Of a DNA stretch of 36,648 nucleotides, positions 1 through 8,574 are shown piece by piece. The DNA is taken from the sequence record SRR20825006_1762. One strand, 5' to 3'. The notes below the pieces were generated by a model. That model was not told the origin of the DNA. It searched no databases and was given only the letters and a program-made list of their open reading frames with translations. The position numbers were made by a program, and so were the translations under genes. Each line of letters begins with the position of its first letter. Within the stretch, counting starts at the first letter, position 1.

Positions 1-87
1 GAATTGTTCTTCCGCGACAACACCATGATGTTGTTCGGCGATGCCAAGAAAATGACCGAAGATATTGTGAAGGCATTTGAGCACTAA
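1..87 (+). CDS. pntB: NAD(P) transhydrogenase subunit beta, C-terminal fragment (5'-truncated by the window)
   Basis: Frame +1 reads ELFFRDNTMMLFGDAKKMTEDIVKAFEH*, matching the characteristic PntB C-terminus (LF..NT.MLFGDAK). Followed by a terminator. Confidence 0.9.
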   Translation, partial: ELFFRDNTMMLFGDAKKMTEDIVKAFEH

Positions 88-109
88 GCTCACTTCACTG
101 TTGAAGTTG

Positions 110-136
110 AAAGGGCGCCCTCGGGCGCCCTTTTTT
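110..136. terminator. Bidirectional intrinsic terminator
   Basis: AAAGGGCGCCC-TC-GGGCGCCCTTTTTT between the convergent pntB and cytochrome b genes. Confidence 0.85.
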
Positions 137-140
137 ACGG

Positions 141-668
141 CTATTTCATCCGCGCCAGCAAATTATCTTTAACGACAAACTGATGGTAGATGGCGCCCGC
201 AATATGAAGGGCGACGGCAAGCAGCAACAGCTTGGACACAAGGCCATGACCTTGGCGTGGGCCCAATTGATTGAGTGCTGGCCATATTTCTGTTTGCCCG
301 GAAATGAGCTGATCGCTCAAACCGGAAAATGCCATAATGCCCAGACCAGAGATCACTAAAACCAAGGGCAAGATATAGAGCAAAATATGGATAATTTTAG
401 AGGTCCATTTGATCAGTGGTGACCAATTTGGATCAGGCGCTGGGCGTGGATGAGTGAACGCGAAATAGGTGCGGACAAGAATTAGAATGCCGACGGCAAC
501 CCCAAGCGGTGCATGGAATTTAATCAGCAGAAATTTCAAACTGTCGCTGGTGCTATTGTCCAGCAAAACGCCGAAAATGAATGTCGCTAACAGCAGAATG
601 GCGATGCTCCAGTGTAACCATTTAGCGGGTCTGGAATATTTTGTGACAGGCTCAATGTGATTTGCCAT
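141..668 (-). CDS. Cytochrome b561 family (CybB/YceJ-like) di-heme membrane protein
   Basis: KYSRPAKWLHW, KFHAPLG, GHG, ALHIAGAIYHQF..KD.LL.RM motifs; 4 TM helices with 4 candidate heme-ligand His. ATG at 668 is preceded by GGAGG (ORF track starts at 680). Confidence 0.88.
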   Translation of the reverse strand: MANHIEPVTKYSRPAKWLHWSIAILLLATFIFGVLLDNSTSDSLKFLLIKFHAPLGVAVGILILVRTYFAFTHPRPAPDPNWSPLIKWTSKIIHILLYILPLVLVISGLGIMAFSGLSDQLISGQTEIWPALNQLGPRQGHGLVSKLLLLAVALHIAGAIYHQFVVKDNLLARMK

Positions 669-693
669 GTTGGCCTCCAAAGATGGATAGGTT

Positions 694-730
694 ATATTAC
701 ATGTAAACTAAATATGTTTACATGTAAACA
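694..730. promoter_or_regulatory. Tandem palindromic operator (probable MarR sites)
   Basis: Perfect 16-bp palindrome TGTTTACATGTAAACA at 715-730 and a related site with core TTACATGTAA at 697-706; centres 21 bp apart, in the 74-bp divergent gap. Confidence 0.75.
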
Positions 731-742
731 AAAAGGTGTGGC

Positions 743-1207
743 ATGAGCAATTCCGCCGTTCAAATCAAACTGCCTAAGTCGATTGGTCGATTGGTGTCGC
801 ACGGGAGTGCCCGGGTACAGCAGTTGGCAAATAAAATATTGGCGCCACACGATTTAACCTTGCAGCAATGGGTGGTGCTGAGCGCGCTGTGGCAGCAGAA
901 TGGTTTGAGCGTGGGAGATGTGTGTAAGTTCACCAATAACGCATTGCCGGCTATGTCGCGACTAACAGACCGAATGGCAAAAGCGGGTTGGTTGGAAAAG
1001 CGTACTGATGCCAAAGATGGTCGTGCTGCGTTGCTCTATCTCACTGAGAAGGCCGAAGCGAAACGAGATTTGGCGACACTCTATCTTCAAATCAACGACA
1101 TATTATTGGCGGGCATGAGCGAGAAAGAGCAGGAGCTGCTTTTTGATCTCTTGCAGCGATTGCAGGATAATGCGGCAAGACAGATTTCATCCGAATCTTT
1201 ATGTTAA
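743..1207 (+). CDS. MarR-family winged-helix transcriptional regulator
   Basis: LTLQQWVVLSALW, MSRLTDRM..GW..KR.D..DGR..LLYLTEK pattern typical of MarR; 154 aa. Confidence 0.92.
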   Translation: MSNSAVQIKLPKSIGRLVSHGSARVQQLANKILAPHDLTLQQWVVLSALWQQNGLSVGDVCKFTNNALPAMSRLTDRMAKAGWLEKRTDAKDGRAALLYLTEKAEAKRDLATLYLQINDILLAGMSEKEQELLFDLLQRLQDNAARQISSESLC

Positions 1208-1237
1208 GTCGTGCAGCGGCAAATCATCGGGGCCAGA

Positions 1238-2881
1238 ATGACCAGTAAAAAACAGGCAGTGATTGTGGTGCATGGCATGGGCGAGCAGCGCCCTATGGGG
1301 ACTATGCGCACCATTGTAGATGCACTTTGGACCACGGATGCATCAATTGAGTTGGATGATCCTCAAAATCGCGATGCAGACGGCAATAAAAGCTGGATTG
1401 TGCCGGACATCAAGACCGGTAGCCACGATTTGCAGCGCATTACTACGCCCGCTATGCGCGATGGCCGCCGCACGGACTTTTTTGAGTTTTATTACGCCGA
1501 CATTTTGGACAATGCCAAACTGAAAAATCTTTGGCGCTGGCTTATGCGGGTGATCAAGGTGAAGCCCGAATTTGTGTTGGAACGCATGGTGTGGCCCTGG
1601 ACTGCCCTTTGCTTTCTGGTGGTCCTGATTTTGTGGGTGATGCTGAGTGTTCTATTCCTTGGTGTGGCAACGCAGTTTGGAATTGATTTTTGGTCTGAGG
1701 CAGCGAAACAGGCGCGGCTGAGCGTGCCAGGCGTGAGCTTTTTAGGCGCGATCTGTCTGATCCTGATGATATTGGTGGCCGCGCGCATAAACTCGCTACG
1801 ATGGCTGTTGCGCTGGCCAAGCTATGCGCTGATTGGCTTGGTGGTCTATTATTTGATTTTCCTGACGGAAGATTTGACTTTGCGCACCCTAGTGGTGAGT
1901 TTCACCATTTTGTTGTCTATTGCTACCTCTTTGATCTTCTTGCCGTACCTTGGTGATGTTGCGGGCTATCTTGGTGCGCATCCGGACACGGTGGGACGGC
2001 GTCACGCTGTGCGCGAACGGGGACTGCAATTATTGCGGCGTTTGCATGAAGATCCAACCTATGAACGCATTGTAATTGTTGCGCACTCTCTTGGTTCTGT
2101 GGTGGCGTATGATATTTTGCATCTTTTGTGGGAAGAGTTGGGACCAACCAACGAAAACCCACCTGAACGAAAGGTGCGTGAAGCGCTGGCGGCGCATGAC
2201 CATCTGGTGCAAGAGCTGAACCAAAAATATGGGATCAAACGCTGGTCTGTGGCGGACATAGCGCGCTATCGCGAAGCGCAGTCAGTGGTTGCGGAAGCAA
2301 TTAGGGCGCAAGGTGCTGTGGTGCGCAAAGATGGACGCAAAAGCAATGCTTATTGGAAGATTACGGATTTTATTACGGCAGGTTCGCCGTTAAGTCATGC
2401 GCAGTTTTTGTTGGCGAGGGGGGCTCTCAATTTTGGAAAATTGAAAAAGGAACGATTGTTTCCTACCGCGCCGCCGCAAGTTTTCAATGATGATTTTGGC
2501 GTGCTTTATTCGAATGACCCAATCAATTTTGCAGCTGACATGCCTTTGCCAAAAACGCGCACTGAGTGGGCTGTGCGTGCACCGCATGCCTATGCGCATC
2601 ATGGCGCCGTTTTTTCGGCGGTGCGTTGGACGAATTTTTATGATGAACATCACCCCTTCTTTTTTTGGCAAGGTGATGTTTTAGGCGGTCCGCTATCCGG
2701 CGCCGGCCGTTTTGGACAAGGCATCTGTGATCTCAATGTCAAAATGACCTATCAGCGTTTTGGTAGTCCGTCACGTTTTGTGACCCATACGCTTTATTGG
2801 ACAGACACCAATCCGAAATCGGATCAAGTGAGCGCCAATGTGCGCCACATGCGGGATGCGGTGAACTTGACGGGCAGTTAG
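1238..2881 (+). CDS. Membrane protein with alpha/beta-hydrolase-like (lipase-type) motifs, function unknown
   Basis: VIVVHGMGEQ, IVIVAHSLGS (A/G-x-S-x-G elbow), FITAGSPL, WTNFY..GDVLGG, THTLYW; about 4 hydrophobic helices between the first two motifs. ATG at 1238 preferred over GTG at 1211. Confidence 0.7.
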   Translation: MTSKKQAVIVVHGMGEQRPMGTMRTIVDALWTTDASIELDDPQNRDADGNKSWIVPDIKTGSHDLQRITTPAMRDGRRTDFFEFYYADILDNAKLKNLWRWLMRVIKVKPEFVLERMVWPWTALCFLVVLILWVMLSVLFLGVATQFGIDFWSEAAKQARLSVPGVSFLGAICLILMILVAARINSLRWLLRWPSYALIGLVVYYLIFLTEDLTLRTLVVSFTILLSIATSLIFLPYLGDVAGYLGAHPDTVGRRHAVRERGLQLLRRLHEDPTYERIVIVAHSLGSVVAYDILHLLWEELGPTNENPPERKVREALAAHDHLVQELNQKYGIKRWSVADIARYREAQSVVAEAIRAQGAVVRKDGRKSNAYWKITDFITAGSPLSHAQFLLARGALNFGKLKKERLFPTAPPQVFNDDFGVLYSNDPINFAADMPLPKTRTEWAVRAPHAYAHHGAVFSAVRWTNFYDEHHPFFFWQGDVLGGPLSGAGRFGQGICDLNVKMTYQRFGSPSRFVTHTLYWTDTNPKSDQVSANVRHMRDAVNLTGS

Positions 2882-3558
2882 AGTGGGAAATGGATGGCAA
2901 ATTCACGGTTGCCACGTGGTGTGAAGATGATTGCGCGGCTTTTGGGTGCGCGGTGGACCCAGCCTATTTCTTCAAAGCGGGCAAGGAAGGCTCGGCCTAA
3001 GCTGCCAGCCAGATGTGAGCGTCTGGCGCTCCAATCTAAACATTCGCGGCATAGGGCTGAAGATTTGTTCTCCAACTTATCGACATCTATGCCGAATGCG
3101 AGGGCAAAGGCCCGTCCGTTGTCGGTGAGGTAGAGTGTGCCGTCCTTGTGATCTAGATGTCCTTGTTTACACAAGCTTTCATAAAGCCAAACGCCTTTTT
3201 CACCTGCGAGATGATTGTAGCAAGCGCGGGCTGTGCGCAATGCATCATCCTTAGGTCCCGTGCGTGTGCGGCTTTGTCCGGTAAGGTCTGCTAACCCCAT
3301 CAAACCAGCCAAGGTGAGGGCCACTTCTTCGTTGGCGAGCGCGTAATATCTATGGCGGCCTTGATGCCGTTGGACCAGCAATTGCCCTTCAGTAAGCTTT
3401 TTCAAGTGAGTGCTGGCGGTTTGGCGTGTGATCTGTGCCTCATTAGCCAGTTCGGTGGCCGTCAACGCCTTGCCCGACATTAACGCGCCCAGCATGTTGG
3501 CACGGGCTGGGTCGCCAATAAGGGCGGCGATTTGGGCGATGGGTGGACCTTCTTTCAT
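2878..3558 (-). CDS. ArsR/SmtB-family transcriptional regulator with C-terminal extension
   Basis: IAALIGDPARANML..L..G.ALTATELA...TASTHL..L...QGRHRYY; C-terminal ARACYNHLAG and CLDWS.RR.HLAG motifs. Confidence 0.92.
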   Translation of the reverse strand: MKEGPPIAQIAALIGDPARANMLGALMSGKALTATELANEAQITRQTASTHLKKLTEGQLLVQRHQGRHRYYALANEEVALTLAGLMGLADLTGQSRTRTGPKDDALRTARACYNHLAGEKGVWLYESLCKQGHLDHKDGTLYLTDNGRAFALAFGIDVDKLENKSSALCRECLDWSARRSHLAGSLGRAFLARFEEIGWVHRAPKSRAIIFTPRGNREFAIHFPL

Positions 3559-4250
3559 CGGCTTATGTTATCGGCTGTGAGGAGCTGGTGAAAGTGAATT
3601 CGTGCATTTATGATGCAACGCTGGCGGGACGACGTGGCAACTTCATGAGGGGCAAAGGGCGTTGCCGCATGGTCGAGCCAGTCTATGATTTGAAGAATTT
3701 GCTTAATTTCTACATCTGAAAATTGAGCCTGTTGGGCCATCAAATGGTCAATAAATTTAACGCCGCATTGTTTTTTGAAAATTGTTTCAGGCAGACCATC
3801 GCGGGTGCATACACCATATACGCCTTGCTGAAAGTATGACCAGCTGGCGTTCAGATAATCATCTGCTGGCAGGGTGGCGATGGTTGGCCATAAATGTTGC
3901 ATCGCTTGGCCAAGGGGGCCGTCGAAATGAACTTGATGCGCCTCGGGATAGGTTGAGGTGAATAGTTCAAATGCCTGTGTTTCTGTTTTGATGTGGTTTT
4001 GTTTGAGTGCTTGATGCCAATTTTGATGGCTGTTTCTATGCCATGCTTGGATGGTGTGTTGTTTTTTGTCCGCGACGAAAGATGTGCATTGGAAGTGATG
4101 CTGCACCTGGTAGGAGGCGCTTGGATATATGCCGCTGGCAATTAACTGTTCGAGCTCATCCTCGCTTAACTCGCATGCCGCAGCATGAGCGTTTGCCGGC
4201 TGAAAGTAACTTTGCAAGTAGGATTGTATGTTGGTGATAAAATCTGTCAT
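3555..4250 (-). CDS. DUF6058-like protein of unknown function
   Basis: W..F..GVYGVCT..GLPE.I..K and LD.....FAPHE...SSR.R.I motifs recalled for DUF6058; ATGA overlap with the arsR start. Confidence 0.7.
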   Translation of the reverse strand: MTDFITNIQSYLQSYFQPANAHAAACELSEDELEQLIASGIYPSASYQVQHHFQCTSFVADKKQHTIQAWHRNSHQNWHQALKQNHIKTETQAFELFTSTYPEAHQVHFDGPLGQAMQHLWPTIATLPADDYLNASWSYFQQGVYGVCTRDGLPETIFKKQCGVKFIDHLMAQQAQFSDVEIKQILQIIDWLDHAATPFAPHEVATSSRQRCIINARIHFHQLLTADNISR

Positions 4251-4284
4251 GTGCTCAATTTAAGCAGCAGACGACTTGGTATGT

Positions 4285-4314
4285 TTCGATGATGATCGAA
4301 CTGTGTCTGACACA
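4285..4314. promoter_or_regulatory. Palindromic candidate operator(s) in the DUF6058/dsbA divergent gap
   Basis: TTCGAT-GATG-ATCGAA (4285-4300) directly followed by TGTGTC-T-GACACA (4302-4314). Confidence 0.55.
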
Positions 4315-4381
4315 AGGGAGCGTGATTTGTCATGCCCGTGCAAACCGCCTAGGGTGAAGCAACGAATCATGGGAGTTTTGA

Positions 4382-5047
4382 ATGTCCTACAAAATTAAGA
4401 TCGACCTGTTTTCTGACCCAGCTTGTCCGTGGTGCTTGGTGGGGCTGACCCGGTTTGATCAAGCGTTAAAACGGTTGCCGGATGATGTTGAAGTGGATTT
4501 GACCCATCATGCTTATTTGTTGGATGCAAATACGCCTGAAGGCGGCGAGAATGCGCGGCAAATGCTTGAGCTGAAATATGGCCAAGCCCCTGACGATATG
4601 TGGGATCGTTTGGAAGAAGAGGGCAAGAAGGCTGGTCTTGACCTTGATATGCGCAAGCAGGAAATTCGCTATCCAACACAGCGGGCGCAAATTTTGATTG
4701 CGATCGCAAAGGAAAAGAACAAGCAGCAAGATATTGCATTGGCGCTAAGCCGTGCCAACTATTTGAAAGCCGAAGATATCTCAGATCCAGATTTTCTAGC
4801 AGATTTGGCGGGCGCCCATGGCTTTGATCGTGACGAGATTTTTCAGCTGGTGCAGCGTGATGATTTGAAAGCGCATGTTGAAAAGGCGGCGGCAGACGCC
4901 AGCAAGCAGGGTGTTCAGGGCGTTCCGTTTTTCATTTTCAATGAGAAATACGCGATGTCTGGCGCGCAGCCAGATGAAGTGTTTGATCAGGTGTTCCAGC
5001 AATTGCTGTCGGATGACCCGATGCCTGAATCGGGACAAGCTGAATAG
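4382..5047 (+). CDS. DsbA-family oxidoreductase (FrnE-like, no signal peptide)
   Basis: IDLFSDPACPWCLVG active site, GVQGVPFFIFN.KY..SGAQP C-terminal motif; GGGAG RBS. Confidence 0.92.
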   Translation: MSYKIKIDLFSDPACPWCLVGLTRFDQALKRLPDDVEVDLTHHAYLLDANTPEGGENARQMLELKYGQAPDDMWDRLEEEGKKAGLDLDMRKQEIRYPTQRAQILIAIAKEKNKQQDIALALSRANYLKAEDISDPDFLADLAGAHGFDRDEIFQLVQRDDLKAHVEKAAADASKQGVQGVPFFIFNEKYAMSGAQPDEVFDQVFQQLLSDDPMPESGQAE

Positions 5048-5054
5048 ACAAAAT

Positions 5055-5084
5055 AAAAACGCCGCTCAAAGAGCGGCGTTTTTT
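5055..5084. terminator. Bidirectional intrinsic terminator
   Basis: AAAAACGCCGCTC-AAA-GAGCGGCGTTTTTT between convergent dsbA-like and rpsU. Confidence 0.88.
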
Positions 5085-5109
5085 AATTCATTTACAAAAG
5101 GCGTAAAGC

Positions 5110-5325
5110 TTAGCGACCGCCAACAAGGCCTTCGCGCTGTGCACGCTTGCGTGCCAACTTGCGGGCCCGGCGAACGGCTTCAGCCTTTTGACGTGCCTTT
5201 TTCTCAGAAGGCTTTTCATAGTAGTTACGCAACTTCATTTCACGAAATACACCTTCGCGTTGAAGTTTCTTTTTCAAAGCCCGAAGAGCTTGATCTACAT
5301 TGTTATCGCGAACGACTACTTGCAC
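5110..5325 (-). CDS. rpsU: 30S ribosomal protein S21
   Basis: [31 protein letters not shown]...YEKPSE; GTG start. Confidence 0.98.
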   Translation of the reverse strand: MQVVVRDNNVDQALRALKKKLQREGVFREMKLRNYYEKPSEKKARQKAEAVRRARKLARKRAQREGLVGGR

Positions 5326-5417
5326 GCGCTACACCGCCTTTAAATTGGTTGTTAAAATCAGGCCCCGGCCAATAAACTGCCGACGCCAGCTGGACCATCC
5401 AGCCATCGTTGGCGTGG

Positions 5418-5446
5418 TCAATAGCAAATAGAATCTCATTTGTCCA
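5418..5446 (-). promoter_or_regulatory. Candidate sigma70 promoter of rpsU
   Basis: Minus strand TGGACA-N17-TATTGA with a GANTC site (5431-5435) in the spacer. Confidence 0.5.
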
Positions 5447-5474
5447 GCGAGTGAACTGGGTTTTGGCCCGAAAA

Positions 5475-6557
5475 TTAGCTCTTTTTCGGTGATATTTGGT
5501 TGATATGGCCAAGTTTGCGGCCAGCCCGCACTTCATATTTCCCATAATGATGAACCATCATGTGGGCGGGAAGTGACTTCACAGTGCGCTCAATATCTTT
5601 ACCCAGCAGATTGGTCATGACCACATCTGAATGGCGATCTGTAGCGCCCAAGGGCCAATTGGCGATGGCGCGGATATGTTGCTCAAATTGCGAGATGACA
5701 CAGGCTGCTTCTGTCCAATGGCCGGAATTGTGTACGCGTGGGGCGATCTCATTCACCACAAGATGATCATTTTGGTCGGTCACGAAAAACTCAACACCCA
5801 TCACGCCGACATAATCGAGTGCCTTCGCGATTTTTTCGGCAGCGGCAACAGCTTGCTGCATCACATTTTCTGAAATATTGGCGGGTACGGTGCTGGTGTG
5901 CAAAATTGCATTTTGGTGCACATTCTCAGCTGGGTCATAAGCCGCAACTTCGCCACTGGCAGAGCGGGCGATGATGACAGAGATTTCCCGGTCAAAACTT
6001 ACGAAACCTTCCAGAACACATGGCTGCTCGCCGAGTTCTTTGAAGGCGTTTGGAATGTCTTCGGGTTTGCGCAGGAAAAGCTGACCTTTGCCATCATAGC
6101 CGAAACGGCGTGTTTTCAGCACGGAGGGCAGGCCGATGGTTTCAATCGCTTGTTCTAGGTCGGTTTGGCTTTCCACATTTGCGAAGGGAGCAACAGGTAC
6201 GCCAGCACTTTGGATAAATGTTTTTTCAACCAGACGGTCTTGGGCAGTGGCTAGCGCTTTGGCGCCGGGGGCCAAAGGCTTGCTGAATTTCAAGATGGCC
6301 TCGGCAGTTTCTGCGGGCACATTCTCGAATTCGTAGGTCACCAGATCGACATTGTTGGCGAACTTCTCCAGAGCAGCAAAATCAAGATAATCTGCAACCG
6401 TTTTATGTGGCGTCACCTCAAAAGCTGGGCTATTCGGGTCAGGGCAAAAAATATGGACTTTGAGTCCTAATTTATGGGCAGCGAGGGCGAGCATACGCCC
6501 CAACTGTCCGCCGCCAAGAATGCCAATGGTTGCGCCAGGTTGCAGCATTTCTGTCAT
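5475..6557 (-). CDS. purK: N5-carboxyaminoimidazole ribonucleotide synthase
   Basis: IGILGGGQLGRM, TYEFENVP, GYDGKGQ, NEIAPRVHNSGHWT, GRKLGH. Confidence 0.97.
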   Translation of the reverse strand: MTEMLQPGATIGILGGGQLGRMLALAAHKLGLKVHIFCPDPNSPAFEVTPHKTVADYLDFAALEKFANNVDLVTYEFENVPAETAEAILKFSKPLAPGAKALATAQDRLVEKTFIQSAGVPVAPFANVESQTDLEQAIETIGLPSVLKTRRFGYDGKGQLFLRKPEDIPNAFKELGEQPCVLEGFVSFDREISVIIARSASGEVAAYDPAENVHQNAILHTSTVPANISENVMQQAVAAAEKIAKALDYVGVMGVEFFVTDQNDHLVVNEIAPRVHNSGHWTEAACVISQFEQHIRAIANWPLGATDRHSDVVMTNLLGKDIERTVKSLPAHMMVHHYGKYEVRAGRKLGHINQISPKKS

Positions 6558-6559
6558 AA

Positions 6560-7051
6560 TTACTCGTCTTTTGGAAACTCGGTTACCGCTTCTGTGCGGG
6601 CTTTGCGATAGGCGATAAGGGCTTCGCGTGCGTCTTCATCGAACAAGGCCACAACAGCAGCGGCCAACAAAGCGGCATTGGTGGCACCTGCTTGACCGAT
6701 GGCCAAAGTGCCCACGGGAATGCCCGCTGGCATTTGTACGATGGAATAAAGACTATCTTTGCCAGAAAGGGCTTTGGATTGTACGGGCACGCCAAAAACC
6801 GGCAAATGGGTCAATGCCGCGACCATGCCGGGCAAGTGTGCGGCACCACCGGCACCAGCAATAATGGTTTTGAAGCCCAAATCTTCAGCAGATTTGGCAA
6901 ACTCATACATGCGGTCAGGTGTGCGGTGTGCGGAAACAATACGCGCTTCATATTCGATATCGAGTTGATCGAGTGTATCGGCGGCGTGGCGCATGGTGGC
7001 CCAATCTGATTGAGACCCCATAACGATGGCAATTGGCGGGTTACTTGGCAT
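6560..7051 (-). CDS. purE: N5-carboxyaminoimidazole ribonucleotide mutase
   Basis: [38 protein letters not shown] at 7051 with GAGGGG RBS. Confidence 0.97.
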   Translation of the reverse strand: MPSNPPIAIVMGSQSDWATMRHAADTLDQLDIEYEARIVSAHRTPDRMYEFAKSAEDLGFKTIIAGAGGAAHLPGMVAALTHLPVFGVPVQSKALSGKDSLYSIVQMPAGIPVGTLAIGQAGATNAALLAAAVVALFDEDAREALIAYRKARTEAVTEFPKDE

Positions 7052-7137
7052 TTCAGCCCCTCGCAAAATGTCAAAAATGGCGTTTAGCCCAATAATGGCT
7101 ATTTGGCAAGCTTTGGCGGTGAAGTTCGGGCTAGACT

Positions 7138-7353
7138 TTAGGCAATAATGTCTGGCAGCACGAATTGTTCAAGGTAAATGATGCGGTCTTTGATTGCGAG
7201 TTTCTTCTTCTTCAACCGCTGCAACATCATCGCATCTTGGCAATTCGTGGCCAAAAGGGCATTGATGGATGCATCCAAATCTTTGTGCTCTTGGCGTTTC
7301 ATCGCCAATTCAGCGCCCATTTTTGCTTTTTGTTCGGTGGTTAAATGCATCAT
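7138..7353 (-). CDS. DUF465 (YdcH-like) small coiled-coil protein
   Basis: EHKDLD..I..L......D...[15 protein letters not shown]....PDIIA. Confidence 0.9.
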   Translation of the reverse strand: MMHLTTEQKAKMGAELAMKRQEHKDLDASINALLATNCQDAMMLQRLKKKKLAIKDRIIYLEQFVLPDIIA

Positions 7354-7537
7354 TACAGAATGACCGTCTGTTCGGTGTTACGCAATACCGAGGCATTTTA
7401 CCTCATATTTCAATCAATTGCACTGAGTTTTAACAAATGTGGAAAAATTTGAGCAAAATCGCCACAAAAATGCCATTGGACAGACCTTCATTTTTTTGTC
7501 ACACTTCCTTTGTTCATACGAGAGAAAGGAAGACTTC

Positions 7538-7714
7538 ATGACCACAACTTCCCACCTCAACGCGCTCGAGCGGCGGCATGCTTCACTAGATGAGCAGATC
7601 CACCAAGAGATGCAACGACCGGCACTGGACGAACTTAAGATCGGTATGTTGAAGCGCAAAAAGCTTGAGCTGAAAGACGAAATGTCGAGGTTGCAGGCGC
7701 AAACGCGTCAATAG
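7538..7714 (+). CDS. DUF465 (YdcH-like) small coiled-coil protein
   Basis: HLNALERRHASLDEQI..E..RP..DE..I..LKRKKLELKDE; ATG at 7538 behind AAGGAAG. Confidence 0.9.
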   Translation: MTTTSHLNALERRHASLDEQIHQEMQRPALDELKIGMLKRKKLELKDEMSRLQAQTRQ

Positions 7715-7760
7715 TTCGTGTAAGTGAAAGTCCAATAATTTTAAAGTATTTGGATGAATG

Positions 7761-7788
7761 AAGGCCACGGGGCTCCCGCGGCCTTTTT
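7761..7788 (+). terminator. Intrinsic terminator
   Basis: AAGGCCACGGG-GCT-CCCGCGGCCTT followed by a T-run, between convergent genes. Confidence 0.7.
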
Positions 7789-7803
7789 GTTTGTCTACTC
7801 GGC

Positions 7804-8568
7804 CTAGGTGAAAGCGGTTATACCGTCGAACAACAGCTTCAACCCCAGAATAAACGCAAAGATGTAGGCGATGTGATAGAACAAGGTCGCGTTGATCCGC
7901 TTGACTAGGAAAATGCCGATGGCCATGCCAATTGCCGCCACAGGCAGCAGGCTGAGCGCTAATGTTAGATTGCTTACCGAAAGTTGCCCTAGCGCTGCAT
8001 AGGGCACAAGTTTGACTGCATTCACTGTGGTGAAAAAGATGACAGTGGTGCCCGCATAGATGACCGGTGTCAGACGTTGGGGCAACATGTAAATTTGGAA
8101 TGGCGGGCCGCCTGTGTGGCTGACAAAGCTTGTAAAGCCTGCCAGCGAACCCCAGAAATATCCCCAAGGCTTTGACGGAGGCAGGCCGGTGAGCGCTTTA
8201 CGCAAAGGCAGCCATGCATCTAAACAAAAGATGATGGTGATGATGCCAATCATAAGCCGCACCATTGCTTCTGTGATGACTGCGTAAAACACCCACCCCA
8301 ATACAATGCCAATGATGGCCGCGGGCAACAGAATGCGCAGGTTGGGCCAAGAGACTTGTTTGCGGAGGGCCACAAGCCCGATGGCGTCCATAAACAGCAG
8401 CAGTGGCAACATCATGCCTGCGGCTTCTCGTGCTGGCATCACCAGTGTCAACATGGGTACACCCACAATGCCAAGGGCACTGATCAATCCGGATTTGGAC
8501 AAAGAGACCATAAAGATGGCGCAGGCCGCCACCAAATAAAGGTGTGGGTCGATATCGAAAAAGGTCAA
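7804..8568 (-). CDS. Sulfite exporter TauE/SafE (TSUP) family membrane protein
   Basis: LSKSG....G...VP, AAG..LP.L..MD, GFTSFVSHTGGPP, N.VKL.PY..LG; about 8 TM; TTG start 6 nt after the kef stop. Confidence 0.88.
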   Translation of the reverse strand: MTFFDIDPHLYLVAACAIFMVSLSKSGLISALGIVGVPMLTLVMPAREAAGMMLPLLLFMDAIGLVALRKQVSWPNLRILLPAAIIGIVLGWVFYAVITEAMVRLMIGIITIIFCLDAWLPLRKALTGLPPSKPWGYFWGSLAGFTSFVSHTGGPPFQIYMLPQRLTPVIYAGTTVIFFTTVNAVKLVPYAALGQLSVSNLTLALSLLPVAAIGMAIGIFLVKRINATLFYHIAYIFAFILGLKLLFDGITAFT

Positions 8569-8574
8569 ATGAGT

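Noticed and set aside
4875-5375. 166-aa ORF spanning the dsbA-like 3' end and rpsU antisense
   Set aside because: Crosses a strong bidirectional terminator and overlaps rpsU.
7372-7391. TCGGTGTT-ACGC-AATACCGA hairpin between the DUF465 genes
   Set aside because: Short, pairs fully only on the strand opposite the nearest gene, and has no U-tail; insufficient support.
7586-8167. 193-aa minus-strand ORF overlapping the TauE and DUF465 genes
   Set aside because: Alternative frame over two well-supported genes; composition is not protein-like.
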